Part shown: piece by piece, positions 10,909-20,997 of the stretch
Layout: the number at the start of each line of letters is the position of its first letter
Position numbering within the stretch: the stretch's first letter is position 1
Source: Gammaproteobacteria bacterium
Lineage (GTDB): Bacteria; Pseudomonadota; Gammaproteobacteria; Eutrophobiales; Eutrophobiaceae
Direction: 5' to 3'
Assembly: GCA_965222155.1 (NCBI GenBank)
Contig: CBDCTH010000012.1
Span: 3,360,001 to 3,424,000 of the forward strand
DNA length: 64,000 nt
Notes under the pieces: model-generated
What the model was told of the DNA's origin: nothing
The model's database searches: none
What the model saw: the letters and a program-made list of their open reading frames with translations, nothing else
Position numbers and translations under genes: made by a program

Positions 10909-11655
10909 ATGCAACTCATAACGGACCCGTTTTTTTACCTTATTGCCATACCCGCCGTACTGCTTCTCGGCATAGCAAAAGGGGGGTTCGCCGGGACTTT
11001 AGGCGCAATAATCGTTCCTCTGATGTCATTTGCCACTGACCCGATTACGGCTGCCGCCATCCTGCTGCCCATCCTATGTGCCATGGATATCTTTGCTGCC
11101 TGGAATTTTCGCCACAGTTTTGATGTTTCCCACCTGAAAATATTGCTTCCGGGCAGCGTCGTCGGCATTGCCCTTGCATCGCTCCTGATGGGTAAATTAA
11201 CGGAAGACCATATACGCATCATGGTCGGTGTCATCTCGATCGGGTTCTGCCTCAACCACTGGTTCAGGTTATCTGTACGGAGTAGTAAACCGGGGAAAGC
11301 AAGCGGCTTTTTTTGGGGAGGTGTTGCTGGTTTTACCAGCACCCAGGTCCATGCCGGGGGTCCGCCGCTGAGTGTCTACATGTTCCGCCAGGGCCTGAAT
11401 AAAAAAACATTGATCGGCACCATGGTGATGTTTTTCTTTTTCATAAACTACGTAAAACTCATTCCATACAGTTACCTGAATCTTTTTACTCCTCCGAATT
11501 TGATGACCTCCTTGATACTGATGCCCATCGCGCCGCTGGGAGTCAGGCTTGGTTATTGGTTGTTGAATAGAATCTCTGAAGAAGTAGTGTACAGATTTTT
11601 ATACCTGCCCCTTTTCATTCTCGGCGTGAAAATGATTATTGAAGGAACCCTCTGA
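10909..11655 (+). CDS. TauE/SafE (TSUP) family sulfite/organosulfur exporter
   Basis: Multi-TM protein with GIAKGGF, GFTS..HAGGPP and KLIPY motifs. Confidence 0.9.
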   Translation: MQLITDPFFYLIAIPAVLLLGIAKGGFAGTLGAIIVPLMSFATDPITAAAILLPILCAMDIFAAWNFRHSFDVSHLKILLPGSVVGIALASLLMGKLTEDHIRIMVGVISIGFCLNHWFRLSVRSSKPGKASGFFWGGVAGFTSTQVHAGGPPLSVYMFRQGLNKKTLIGTMVMFFFFINYVKLIPYSYLNLFTPPNLMTSLILMPIAPLGVRLGYWLLNRISEEVVYRFLYLPLFILGVKMIIEGTL

Positions 11656-11679
11656 CCCCACTACTATAATGAATATATT

Positions 11680-11835
11680 GATCTCCTGGTGGCAGCGGAA
11701 AAATGCGGTCACAGATTACCCAGAGACCAGTGTATGGCGGCTATTCCCACCTACGTGGCGGAAACGGATAAACAGGCCCACCGGGAAGCCAAGGCGCACA
11801 TGCAATGGCTGTTCAATACCGGCCTCAAGATAAAA
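11680..11835 (+). pseudogene. Internal fragment of an LLM flavin-dependent monooxygenase
   Basis: AAEKCG...TYVAETDKQAHREAKAH resembles the luciferase-like VAETD.EA motif. Confidence 0.55.
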
Positions 11836-11882
11836 TCCAGTCATTACTGCCCGGCAGATACTAACCGAGTGGAAGAAATCAA

Positions 11883-12173
11883 ATGGCTGAAACATTTACT
11901 GAGTTTGACCCGGCTGAGTACCTGACCAGTCCGGAAGCGATAGCGGAATTTGTTACTGACGCCCTTGAAACCGGGGACGCCGGCTACATAGCCAAAGCTA
12001 TGGGCGTGGCGGCTCGCGCCAAAGGGATGGCAGAACTCGCCAGAGAAACAGGACTGTCGAGGGAGCAGCTTTACCGCTCTTTCAGCGAGAAAGGAAACCC
12101 GAGACTGAAAACCATGCTTACCGTCATGAAAGCCCTGAGCGTTGATATGATCGTCAGGCCCCATCCTTTCTAA
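11883..12173 (+). CDS. Addiction-module antidote (HTH antitoxin) with no cognate toxin gene upstream
   Basis: FDPAEYL...ARAKGMAELARETGLSREQLYRSFSEKGNP motif. Confidence 0.88.
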   Translation: MAETFTEFDPAEYLTSPEAIAEFVTDALETGDAGYIAKAMGVAARAKGMAELARETGLSREQLYRSFSEKGNPRLKTMLTVMKALSVDMIVRPHPF

Positions 12174-12237
12174 TACTGCTTAAACACCATAGACATGAAA
12201 AAGCGTGATGTCGGGGCTGAAATACTCGAAGGCCTTA

Positions 12238-12810
12238 GTGATCCGTTTAAATAATATATCATGCCCGTATTGCGGCGTGATGCTCACTTGTGAAACGACC
12301 GATAAGGAGCATGTGATTGGGCGGCGCTTTGTGCCCAAGGGCAAACTAAACGGCAACTGGAATCTAGTCGTCAACGCCTGCCGAACGTGCAGTGGGATCA
12401 AGGCTGATCTGTAGGATGATATCTCGGCGCTCACTATGCAGCCCGATACCCCCGGACGCTTTGGCCATGATGCTCCAGTAGGAATGTTAGAAGCAGCGCG
12501 CAAGGCCAATAACTCGTATAGCCGCCGTACTAAAAGGCTAGTCAAGAACAGTCACGAGCAGTTTAAGGTACGCATGCCGTTCGGGCATCATGTGGACATG
12601 ACGCTCCGCTTTAGCGGGCCGCCACAGGCTGACGAAGATAGAATTTTTCACCTCGCCCAATTACAACTTATGGGTTTCTTCTATTGGATTACATACCAAA
12701 AGGACGACAAGCGCGGCTAATTTTGGCCTGGCGGTTTTTTTCCAGTCATGGCATCGAGTCGTACTGACTGGGGGAATGCCATGCTCAGTTCCTTCTCTAA
12801 AACGATACCT
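12238..12810 (+). pseudogene. HNH endonuclease pseudogene with two in-frame stops
   Basis: CPYCG...KEHVIGRRFVP...NACRTC; ORFs 12205, 12436 and 12748 share one frame, separated by TAG at 12412 and TAA at 12718; preceded by a short MKKRDVGAEILEGL HTH-antitoxin-like fragment. Confidence 0.7.
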
Positions 12811-12948
12811 GCACTGACTGACTCATTCACTCGCGTTAACCCCCTTCCAAGTTTTGCACTACCAACCGTTACTGATAGAGTATTGTATTGCTGTCATACC
12901 ACCTATACCAACCACTGTCGATGTTCATATAACAATATGATCTCCCAT

Positions 12949-13138
12949 CCCTAATCCCGCATTAGAAAGTACGGGAATCAAAAAAGCCTTGTCTGTATGA
13001 AGTTGTGTGATTAACGACTATCACCCAATGGATGCACAGACAAGGCTTATGCAAATCATACCGTACAGAATCGCAACTACCAATGATTTATTGACCGGGC
13101 GCGGTGGCTTGGTGCAAATCTCTAACGCGGGATTTGGG
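12949..13138 (+). mobile_element. IS1380-type miniature element, copy 2, retaining the transposase start
   Basis: CCCTAATCCCGCATTAGA...TCTAACGCGGGATTTGGG; internal MQIIPYRIATTNDLLTGRGGL resembles an IS1380 transposase N-terminus. Confidence 0.75.
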
Positions 13139-13168
13139 GTATTGACCTCGATTTAGCGGGAGCACCTG
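13139..13168 (-). mobile_element. Isolated end of the CAG..CCCGCTAA MITE
   Basis: Exact reverse complement of 5230-5259 (CAGGTGCTCCCGCTAAATCGAGGTCAATAC). Confidence 0.75.
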
Positions 13169-13247
13169 TGCCAGAACAACCCTGATTGACACAACTCCCG
13201 AACAATCATACAGTTCTCCTGCAACCCAAAGCCAGATAACTAATCCC

Positions 13248-13402
13248 ATGTCCAAAGAACTCATTGTCAGCCCTGTTTCGATTGACCTCGGCGCCAAAAA
13301 CACCGGCGTTTATTTTGCCCATTATCAGGCGGGCAGCTCGATTGAAGAGATCGAAAGGGAAGGCAAGGTCTACCAGCTTGAGAAAGATAAATTCACGCTG
13401 TT
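13248..13402 (+). pseudogene. cas9: Type II-B Cas9 N-terminal (RuvC-I) fragment
   Basis: SPVSIDLGAKNTGVYFAHYQAGSS...GKVYQLEKDKFTL resembles the Francisella/Legionella-type Cas9 start; upstream TTGACA(13186)-17 bp-TACAGT(13209). Confidence 0.8.
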
Positions 13403-13404
13403 CC

Positions 13405-13600
13405 TGTACTGTTACCATTGCCAAACGCGGGGTCAGTGTTTCCAGTGATTTGATCGAGGCGTTCAGCAGTCGAGGCATCAAGTTGTTTTTCCTGGATTTT
13501 CGCGATATTGCACATTCGGCCATCCTGGACCAGTCACAGCATGGCGTGGTGGCAGTACGCATGGCGCAGATGGCGTTAGCCTGGCCGGCGAGCTGGCCAA
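13405..13600 (+). pseudogene. cas1: Internal Cas1 fragment joined to the cas9 fragment
   Basis: TVTIAKRGVSVSSDLIEAFSSRGIKLFFLDFR...HGVVAVRMAQ resembles the Cas1 N-terminal beta domain. Confidence 0.65.
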
Positions 13601-13699
13601 AGCGCGCTGTTGGGCGCCCCCCTTGCCGCACCCGCAACTCTTCACCCGTTCGGGGGTTATCAGCGAGTGCGCCTCCAACCCCCGTGCCCATCGCCAGTC

Positions 13700-16600
13700 T
13701 CAGAACCGCAACACCAGGTTAATCCCCATGCGCTTGTCCGCACGTTCAAACTCGTACGCCCGATGTTCCCCGTAGGCATCGACCTCGAAGAGATCCGTCA
13801 CCTGCACGCGTAACCCACTGCGCAGGCGCCGCACCTGACTGGCCCGCAACGCCGCCTCCGTATAGGGCGTCAACAGCCCGCGTCCCGATAATGCTTCCAT
13901 CCCATAGCCCAACTGCAGCTCCATCCGAGCCGCCGGCTGTCTGTCGGCTTGCAAGCCCGACTGACCGCGGGGGCGCCGCGCATCCGCCCATACTCCCTCG
14001 GCCCCGGCAGACGGCAGCCCCCAGGTCGGCGCCAGGCGCAACGAGAAGCCCTGCCCCCGTCTCCCCGGGTCCACCTGCAACTCCACACTCGCCCCCCATT
14101 CCTCAAAGCCCGACTTCTCATGGGTCACCAACCAGTGCCCGCGCCCGCTGAGCCGGACCCCACTCGCCGCATTGCGGTATTCCAGCCCGGCGCCGACCTC
14201 TAGCCCTACGCCGTCCTCCGCATCCCCGTTGTCCCACCGGGCGCCAATCTCAACACTCGGACGCAAGCTGGCCGCATCAGAGAGGAGATGGTCACTGCTG
14301 GCCTCCAACAGCAGCCGCAGCCGCTGACTGTCTGCATCCAGCCCGGCCAGCCCCGCTACGCTGTCCGTCTCCAGACCCAGCGCAAACACATCCGCTTTCA
14401 AGGCCAGCGCCAGGTGCTCACTCAGGGAAGGCAACCGCGCCTGTAAGCCGCCGGCCACCATGTGCATGTCCAGGTCCGGCTCTGGCGCAAGCGTGCCCGT
14501 GCCCTTCAGCTCCAGCTCCCCTCGACCCAGTCCGGCTAACGCCCACACGCTCAGCGCATCCTGCGGCAACCAGTGCAGCCAGGCATACCCACTGGTCAGG
14601 CTGGCATCAATGTCCCCGTCCTCACGCGCCACGCCGTAATCACCGTCACTGCCAGTGTGTGAGACGATTACCCCGCTCTTGAACCGGTCTCGATGCCAGT
14701 CCAACCCCAGGTAGCCCGAGACCACCTCACCGGCCACCGACACGTCATCGTCTCTACCCTCAAATTGACTCAGCGACGCCCGCCCCCAGAGACTCCAGGT
14801 GCTCGCACTGCCCGCGGGCGCTAACGCCAATGAAAATGCACTGTTGTACCAGAACTCACGGGCGCCCAGCGTGCGTAGCGTGCGGCCCTGACGGTAGCCA
14901 TCACCTGCCAGGGCAGAGACCCCGCGCCGGCCCTGCTGCGTTGAAGCCCTCGCCTGATGAGCAGACTGCCGGCTGAACGCGGGGGCAGTTGTATCGCCCG
15001 GCTCGCTGGCGCTCACCGCAGCGGCGTCATCAAGCGTGATGTCCTGCCCCCCCAGGGTAAGCCGACGGGTGGGCGCCGCCTGCACCCGAGAGTGCATCAC
15101 GTCCACCACCTGACCGGCCAGCGTGCGTCCGAACCGCGCCAGCCAGTGCGTGGCCACCCGCGCCAGCGCCACGGCACGTTGCGGCGTCGCCGTCACCTCA
15201 TCGGAGACCGCCCCGGCACCGGCCGCGTTCACCGCTCGCACCCTGAAACTGTACGGGGTCCCGTTGACCAGACCCCGCAGCGTGTGCGACGTGGTGTCCG
15301 CGGCACTGTTCGGGATTCTCTGCCACGCTCCATAACTGCCGCTTCCGGCCCGTTGCTGGTAGTGCCAGTGGGTCACCGAGCTATCCTCAAGAGCACTCCA
15401 GGCCAACGTCACCTGCGCATCGCCTGCCGTCGCCCGCAACCCTGCCGGCTTCGCCGGTGCAGCCACCGGTGTCGCCGTCACCTCATCGGAGACCGCCCCG
15501 GCACCGGCCGCGTTCACCGCTCGCACCCTGAAACTGTACGGGGTCCCGTTGACCAGACCCCGCAGCGTGTGCGACGTGGTGTCCGCGGCACTGTTCGGGA
15601 TTCTCTGCCACGCTCCATAACTGCCGCTTCCGGCCCGTTGCTGGTAGTGCCAGTGGGTCACCGAGCTATCCTCAAGAGCACTCCAGGCCAACGTCACCTG
15701 CGCATCGCCTGCCGTCGCCCGCAACCCTGCCGGCTTCGCCGGGGGCGGGGCGCTGACCGTGACACTCACCGTGCCCGTCGCCCGCCCGCCGCGACTGTCT
15801 TCGATACTATAGGTAAAGGAGGCTGCACCGGCGGCGCCATCGTGGGTGAACACCAATTCCTCAATCGGGGCCTCCCCGGGCTCATCCAACACCCCGCCAA
15901 CCACATCCTGTACCGCGCTAATCACCAGGGGGTCGCCGTCCGCATCGGTGTCATTACTGAGTAAGGTCGCCGCCGCCAGGGTGACACTGCCACCCCAGAG
16001 GACAGCCGCCGTGTCTGCCCCTGCCACCGGCGCCCGGTTGCGACTCACCGTGACGGTCCGGGTGGCCACACCACCGGGGCCGGTGACCGTCAGCGTGAAC
16101 ACGGTCTCAGCTTCAGTGGGCGTCACCGTGGTAGTCCAGACGGTCTCGTCCTCGCCGAGCGTCCCCGAGCCCTGCGCGTCCCCCGCGGCGCTGTAGGTCA
16201 CCTCGATACCCGTCACCGGGCCGCCGGACAAGGCCCAACGCAAGGTGACCTGCTCACCCGCCATGACCGTCTCCGGTGCGCTGAAACTGTCTATCACCGG
16301 TGCCACACTATCCAAGACTGTGACCGTGGCGGTATCGGTGGCTGTGCCGGCGGCATTGGTGGCGGTCAGCATGAAGGTCTTCTCGCCGGTGTCCACCAGC
16401 GTCAGCGTGTGCGAGGTAGCGTCCGTTTCGAGCGTCACCTCTTGGTCGTCACCGTCATCGAAATACGACAGCGTCAGCGTCTCCGCCGCGCCGCCGCCCA
16501 GCGCCCAGTTCAGGGTCACGGTCTTGCCCACCGCGCTGGCACTGAAGCTGTCTATCACCGGCGCCGCTACGGTCAGCGCAATCGTCAGCGTCACGGTCGC

Positions 16601-18420
16601 CGTCGCTGTGGCGCCGGCGCTATCGGTAATGGTGTACTCAAAACTGGCGGTTGTCGGTGTGTCGGCGCCGTCGTGTTGAACGTCTATAGACGTAATCCGC
16701 CAACTTGAAGCCGGAGTGGGGCTGACGCTGATGTTGGCCGTGGCCTTGCTGACGGCTGTAATGCGCAGTGTATCCCCGTCCGCATCCCGGTCATTGGCCA
16801 GTAAGGTTGCGGCTGACAGGGTAACCCGACCACCCTGGTCCAGCGTTACCTCATCATCCCCGGCCACCGGTGCCGTGTTGCGAGAAGGCGGTGGTGGGGG
16901 AGGCGGCGTTGGCTTATCCAGCACGGTCACGGTGAGCGGGAATTCGCCCAGCTGCGCGCCTTCCTCGTCCTCGGGCGTCAGCGTGTAGGTGACGGTGCCG
17001 AGCGCATCGGGCGTCACCACGTAGCGGCCTTCCTCCGGGTCCACGTCCGCCGTCGTCCCGTCGGGCAGCGTCACGACCACGCGCACCACGTCCTGGCGCG
17101 GCGTCCATTGCAGGGCCGAACTCTCGCCCAGCTTGATGCTCGCCGGGTCCGCTATCACATTCGACAGTACCGCGTCGTCCGCCCAGGTCGGCCGCACCGG
17201 GGTGACGGTCACGGTGAGCGGGAATTCGCCCAGCTGCGCGCCTTCCTCGTCCTCGGGCGTCAGCGTGTAGGTGACGGTGCCGAGCGCATCGGGCGTCACC
17301 ACGTAGCGGCCTTCCTCCGGGTCCACGTCCGCCGTCGTCCCGTCGGGCAGCGTCACGACCACGCGCACCACGTCCTGGCGCGGCGTCCATTGCAGGGCCG
17401 AACTCTCGCCCAGCTTGATGCTCGCCGGGTCCGCTATCACATTCGACAGTACCGCGTCGTCCGCCCAGGTCGGCCGCACCGGGGTGACGGTCACGGTGAG
17501 CGGGAATTCGCCCAGCTGCGCGCCTTCCTCGTCCTCGGGCGTCAGCGTGTAGGTGACGGTGCCGAGCGCATCGGGCGTCACCACGTAGCGGCCTTCCTCC
17601 GGGTCCACGTCCGCCGTCGTCCCGTCGGGCAGCGTCACGACCACGCGCACCACGTCCTGGCGCGGCGTCCATTGCAGGGCCGAACTCTCGCCCAGCTTGA
17701 TGCTCGCCGGGTCCGCTATCACATTCGACAGTACCGCGTCGTCCGCCCAGGTCGGCCGCACCGGGGTGACGGTCACGGTGAGCGGGAATTCGCCCAGCTG
17801 CGCGCCTTCCTCGTCCTCGGGCGTCAGCGTGTAGGTGACGGTGCCGAGCGCATCGGGCGTCACCACGTAGCGGCCTTCCTCCGGGTCCACGTCCGCCGTC
17901 GTCCCGTCGGGCAGCGTCACGACCACGCGCACCACGTCCTGGCGCGGCGTCCATTGCAGGGCCGAACTCTCGCCCAGCTTGATGCTCGCCGGGTCCGCTA
18001 TCACATTCGACAGTACCGCGTCGTCCGCCCAGGTCGGCCGCACCGGGGTGACGGTCACGGTGAGCGGGAATTCGCCCAGCTGCGCGCCTTCCTCGTCCTC
18101 GGGCGTCAGCGTGTAGGTGACGGTGCCGAGCGCATCGGGCGTCACCACGTAGCGGCCTTCCTCCGGGTCCACGTCCGCCGTCGTCCCGTCGGGCAGCGTC
18201 ACGACCACGCGCACCACGTCCTGGCGCGGCGTCCATTGCAGGGTCGAGGTCTCGCCCAGCTTGATGCTCGCCGGGTTCGCTATCACGTTGGTCAGCGCCG
18301 GACCGCTCAGCTGCGCCACCGCTGGCGCGGCCAGTCCGGCCAGGGTCAATATGGTAGCGAGGGCCTGTAAGAGCCTGCGCTGAAAAGTCGGGGTCGAGCT
18401 GTTGGGGAGAGAACGAGGAG
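13700..18420 (-). CDS. Large autotransporter adhesin (Ig-like repeats, cadherin/Big_9-type domains, 2x FN3, C-terminal beta-barrel); native start appears lost
   Basis: Signal-like RRLLQALATILTLAGLAAPAVAQ, NTAPVAGDD/NDRDADGD motifs, FN3 Y.FRVRAVN, WLARFGRT linker, barrel ending in F; clearly GC-richer than its flanks. Confidence 0.85.
15186..15740 (-). repeat. Two identical 285-bp FN3-coding repeats
   Basis: GTCGCCGTCACCTCATCGG at 15186 and 15471. Confidence 0.9.
16923..18290 (-). repeat. Tandem 282-bp (94-aa) repeat, about 5 near-identical copies
   Basis: AATTCGCCCAGCTG recurs at 16941, 17223 and onward with period 282; the N-terminal copy is slightly diverged. Confidence 0.95.
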
Positions 18421-18436
18421 TGTAAGTTCCGGCAGC

Positions 18437-18991
18437 GGGGCTATGCGTTAGGCTTTGCGGAAAATGTGGGGGGGTGGATAAGTCTTTGTTATTATTATGT
18501 TTTATTATGTTTCCGCCTACATAGATTTCATCAGCTTTAACGATGCTCTGTAATAAATCGGCCTGCTTTGTCGCCATTTCCGCGCGAATTCGTTGCTGCA
18601 TATACCACGCTGTTTTCTGGTTCAGTTCTAAATCACGGGCTAATTGACCACTGGATAGGCTTTTCTTGGCATTCACCATTGAACGAATTGCCATAAACCA
18701 TTTTTGTAACGGTATTTTAGTATTGCAAAAGATGGTATTTGACAGAACGTTAAAGCTGCGCTTGCAAACGTGGCAGTTCCAGCGCCCCACTCTATCAGAG
18801 TCAGCTTTACGGGCAACATGAACGCTGGCACAATGTGGGCAGAACGGCTCATCACCCCATCGGACATTCTCTAAAAACTGAATGCAAGCTTCTTGATTGG
18901 GATGGCGGTTAGCACGGTGATTTAAGTTGACATTCATACCATTTTCTCCAAGAGGTAGGGAACTTATAGAACAACTTAAATCATTTGTCAA
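18437..18991 (-). mobile_element. IS1595-family transposase 5' remnant, in frame with the autotransporter
   Basis: Zn ribbon CPHC...CHVC, TIF..TKIPLQKWF, SSGQLARDL...TAW, truncated just after DEIYVGG; AT-rich. Confidence 0.85.
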
Positions 18992-19326
18992 GCCCTAATC
19001 TACTTATTTTTTAGGGATAAACAGGGTAACTGTATACTTTCAGATTCTGCCTCTGAGGACAGAAAACCAGCCGTAACACTCAGTCCGTCATGCCGATGCA
19101 GGCCGGAATCCAGTGAACAAACCAACCTTTTGTCATGCTGGCGAAAGTCCTCGCGCCGTCATTCGCATCGTCTCGGTGGGAAACAGGCGGTTACTGTTGA
19201 GTATAGGGTTGTTGCGTCGGGAGCTTGACACTACCACTCCTGCCGCTATACTTCCCTGTGACGCATTCATGCAATGGCGTCGCTATATTTTTGTGGCCAA
19301 CCGGGATAAAAAGGAGTGAAGGAATA

Positions 19327-19614
19327 ATGAACACAGTAACATTTGATACTCACCAGGCTGTAAAGGTCATCACGAACTCAGGATTAGACGACGTACAAGC
19401 CGAAGCGATAGTAACGACGATAAACAATGCTATGAATCAAAACCTCGCAACGAAGTTGGATATCGTGGCGCTGAAGGCCGACTTGGGGGCCGTGAAGGCC
19501 GACCTGGGGGCCCTGAAGATCGAATTAAAGGCTGAGATGCTGGTATTGAAATGGATGATTGGACTGGTGATAGCTGTTGAGGTATTGCCTCTTCTGAAAT
19601 CTCTTTTTGCTTAG
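19327..19614 (+). CDS. DUF1640/CCDC90-like coiled-coil membrane protein
   Basis: TFDTH...QAEAI...LATKLDI...LKWMIG; upstream TTGACA(19225)-16 bp-TATACT(19247). Confidence 0.8.
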   Translation: MNTVTFDTHQAVKVITNSGLDDVQAEAIVTTINNAMNQNLATKLDIVALKADLGAVKADLGALKIELKAEMLVLKWMIGLVIAVEVLPLLKSLFA

Positions 19615-19725
19615 CCACCAGGATGGAAATTCGCGCTTCCCGGCAAGCTGATAAAATCAGCGGGAATTGCCGCACTTCCCGTACCTGAAATTGAGTCCTT
19701 GGTAATGCAGGTCTATAATGCCGCT

Positions 19726-20112
19726 ATGTCCGCAATGGCTGAACGATTGACTCGGCTTCTCGCCTGCTATCCCCAGCTTAAACTGGCCATATTATTTGGT
19801 TCACAGGCAGCCGGACAAGCTACTCCCGACAGTGACATTGACCTGGGGTTGCTGTGTGATGCGCCGCTGTCGAGCAGTGCCAGGCTTGAACTCATGGAAA
19901 CGATAGGCGCTGAATTTGGTCACCCGGTTGATATTGTCGATCTGTACTACGCGCCGGAGCCTGTCCTGGGGCAGGTATTCAAAGGGAAAAGGCTGCTGGG
20001 CGAGAACACGGTTTATGCTGAGTTGTTGACGAAACACCTGATTAATACCGCCGATTTTGTTCCCCTGCAGCAGAGAATCCTGACCGAGAGGCGGGCCGCA
20101 TGGACCCGCTGA
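19726..20112 (+). CDS. MntA-type minimal nucleotidyltransferase antitoxin
   Basis: LFGSQA.G....SDIDLG and VDIVDL motifs. Confidence 0.9.
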   Translation: MSAMAERLTRLLACYPQLKLAILFGSQAAGQATPDSDIDLGLLCDAPLSSSARLELMETIGAEFGHPVDIVDLYYAPEPVLGQVFKGKRLLGENTVYAELLTKHLINTADFVPLQQRILTERRAAWTR

Positions 20113-20432
20113 TCAGCGCGGAAAAGCTGGAATCTCTACGCCGATGCCTCCAGCGGATACAAGAGAAAACACCGCCTGAAATTGAAAGTTTGAGGCAAAA
20201 CCCCGACGTTCAGGATATTCTGGTTCTAAATCTGACCCGCGCGGTCCAACTCTGCGTTGATATAGGCAGCCACATCGTCAGCGCATCGGACGAAGCCGCT
20301 CCAGGAACGATGAGCGACGTTTTCACCACACTCAACAAGCTTGGCGCTATCATACCAGTAACCTGCGAATCGATGAAAAAAGCCGTCGGCTTCAGGATTG
20401 ATAAATCTTGTTCAGGGAAATATCACGACTGA
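20100..20432 (+). pseudogene. HepT/DUF86 HEPN toxin, C-terminally truncated
   Basis: LTRAVQLCVDIGSH, then AVGFR followed by unrelated sequence instead of RN...H. Confidence 0.75.
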
Positions 20433-20514
20433 TGAAGTATAGTGTAATCGCCGGAATATTCTGCCCGTTCAACCTCTAACATTGTGGCCTCGAATCTATA
20501 CCAATGGCTCAATT

Positions 20515-20916
20515 TTAAAGAGTTTGATAATCCTGTTTATAAAACCAGAACTCCATCTCCACCGCGGCGTTGAGGGGTAAGGCATTGACGCCTATGGCCG
20601 TGCGTGCCGGGAGGCGCATATCTGCGCTGATAACAGCTTCCCAGGATTTGTTAATCTCAGGAAACTGGTCGAATTGGGTCGTATAAATCGTTGCGCTGAC
20701 GAGGTTATCCAGAGACAGACCGAAATCAGGCAGGGCTTGCAGCAGGTTGTTGAGGATCTTTGCGGTTTCCGGACCGGCCCCGCCCGGTTCGAGTTGGCCG
20801 CTGTCCTTGTCCAGGGCGATCATGCCGGCGGTTTTATAGAACGGGCCCGATTTGACCAGCGGGCTGTAACGGAACCGGGGCGCCGGCAGATTTTTGGAAT
20901 TGAGTGCCTTAATCAT
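20515..20916 (-). CDS. RidA/YjgF-family protein
   Basis: YSP, PARTAIGVNALPLNAAVEME motifs. Confidence 0.9.
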   Translation of the reverse strand: MIKALNSKNLPAPRFRYSPLVKSGPFYKTAGMIALDKDSGQLEPGGAGPETAKILNNLLQALPDFGLSLDNLVSATIYTTQFDQFPEINKSWEAVISADMRLPARTAIGVNALPLNAAVEMEFWFYKQDYQTL

Positions 20917-20997
20917 GGTTTGTTATCCTCATGCTTGCATGTCTTCAGGGATCACAACAGTATTTCCCCGATTATTCAAGACTCTGTTGAACCGGAA

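Noticed and set aside
12205-12954. Stop-codon recoding in the HNH gene
   Set aside because: Two different stops (TAG and TAA) occur and both are used normally elsewhere in the window; pseudogenisation is simpler
13248-13448. Functional mini-Cas9, IscB or TnpB
   Set aside because: Only RuvC-I is present, followed by out-of-frame cas1 sequence; no array or guide RNA is visible
16923-18290. 282-bp periodic repeat as a CRISPR array or DGR
   Set aside because: The units are contiguous coding repeats without spacers or adenine-specific variation, and no reverse transcriptase is present
14957-18370. Long alternative-frame ORFs (14957-15964, 16914-18236, 17108-18370)
   Set aside because: Shadow ORFs produced by GC-rich repeats overlapping the autotransporter
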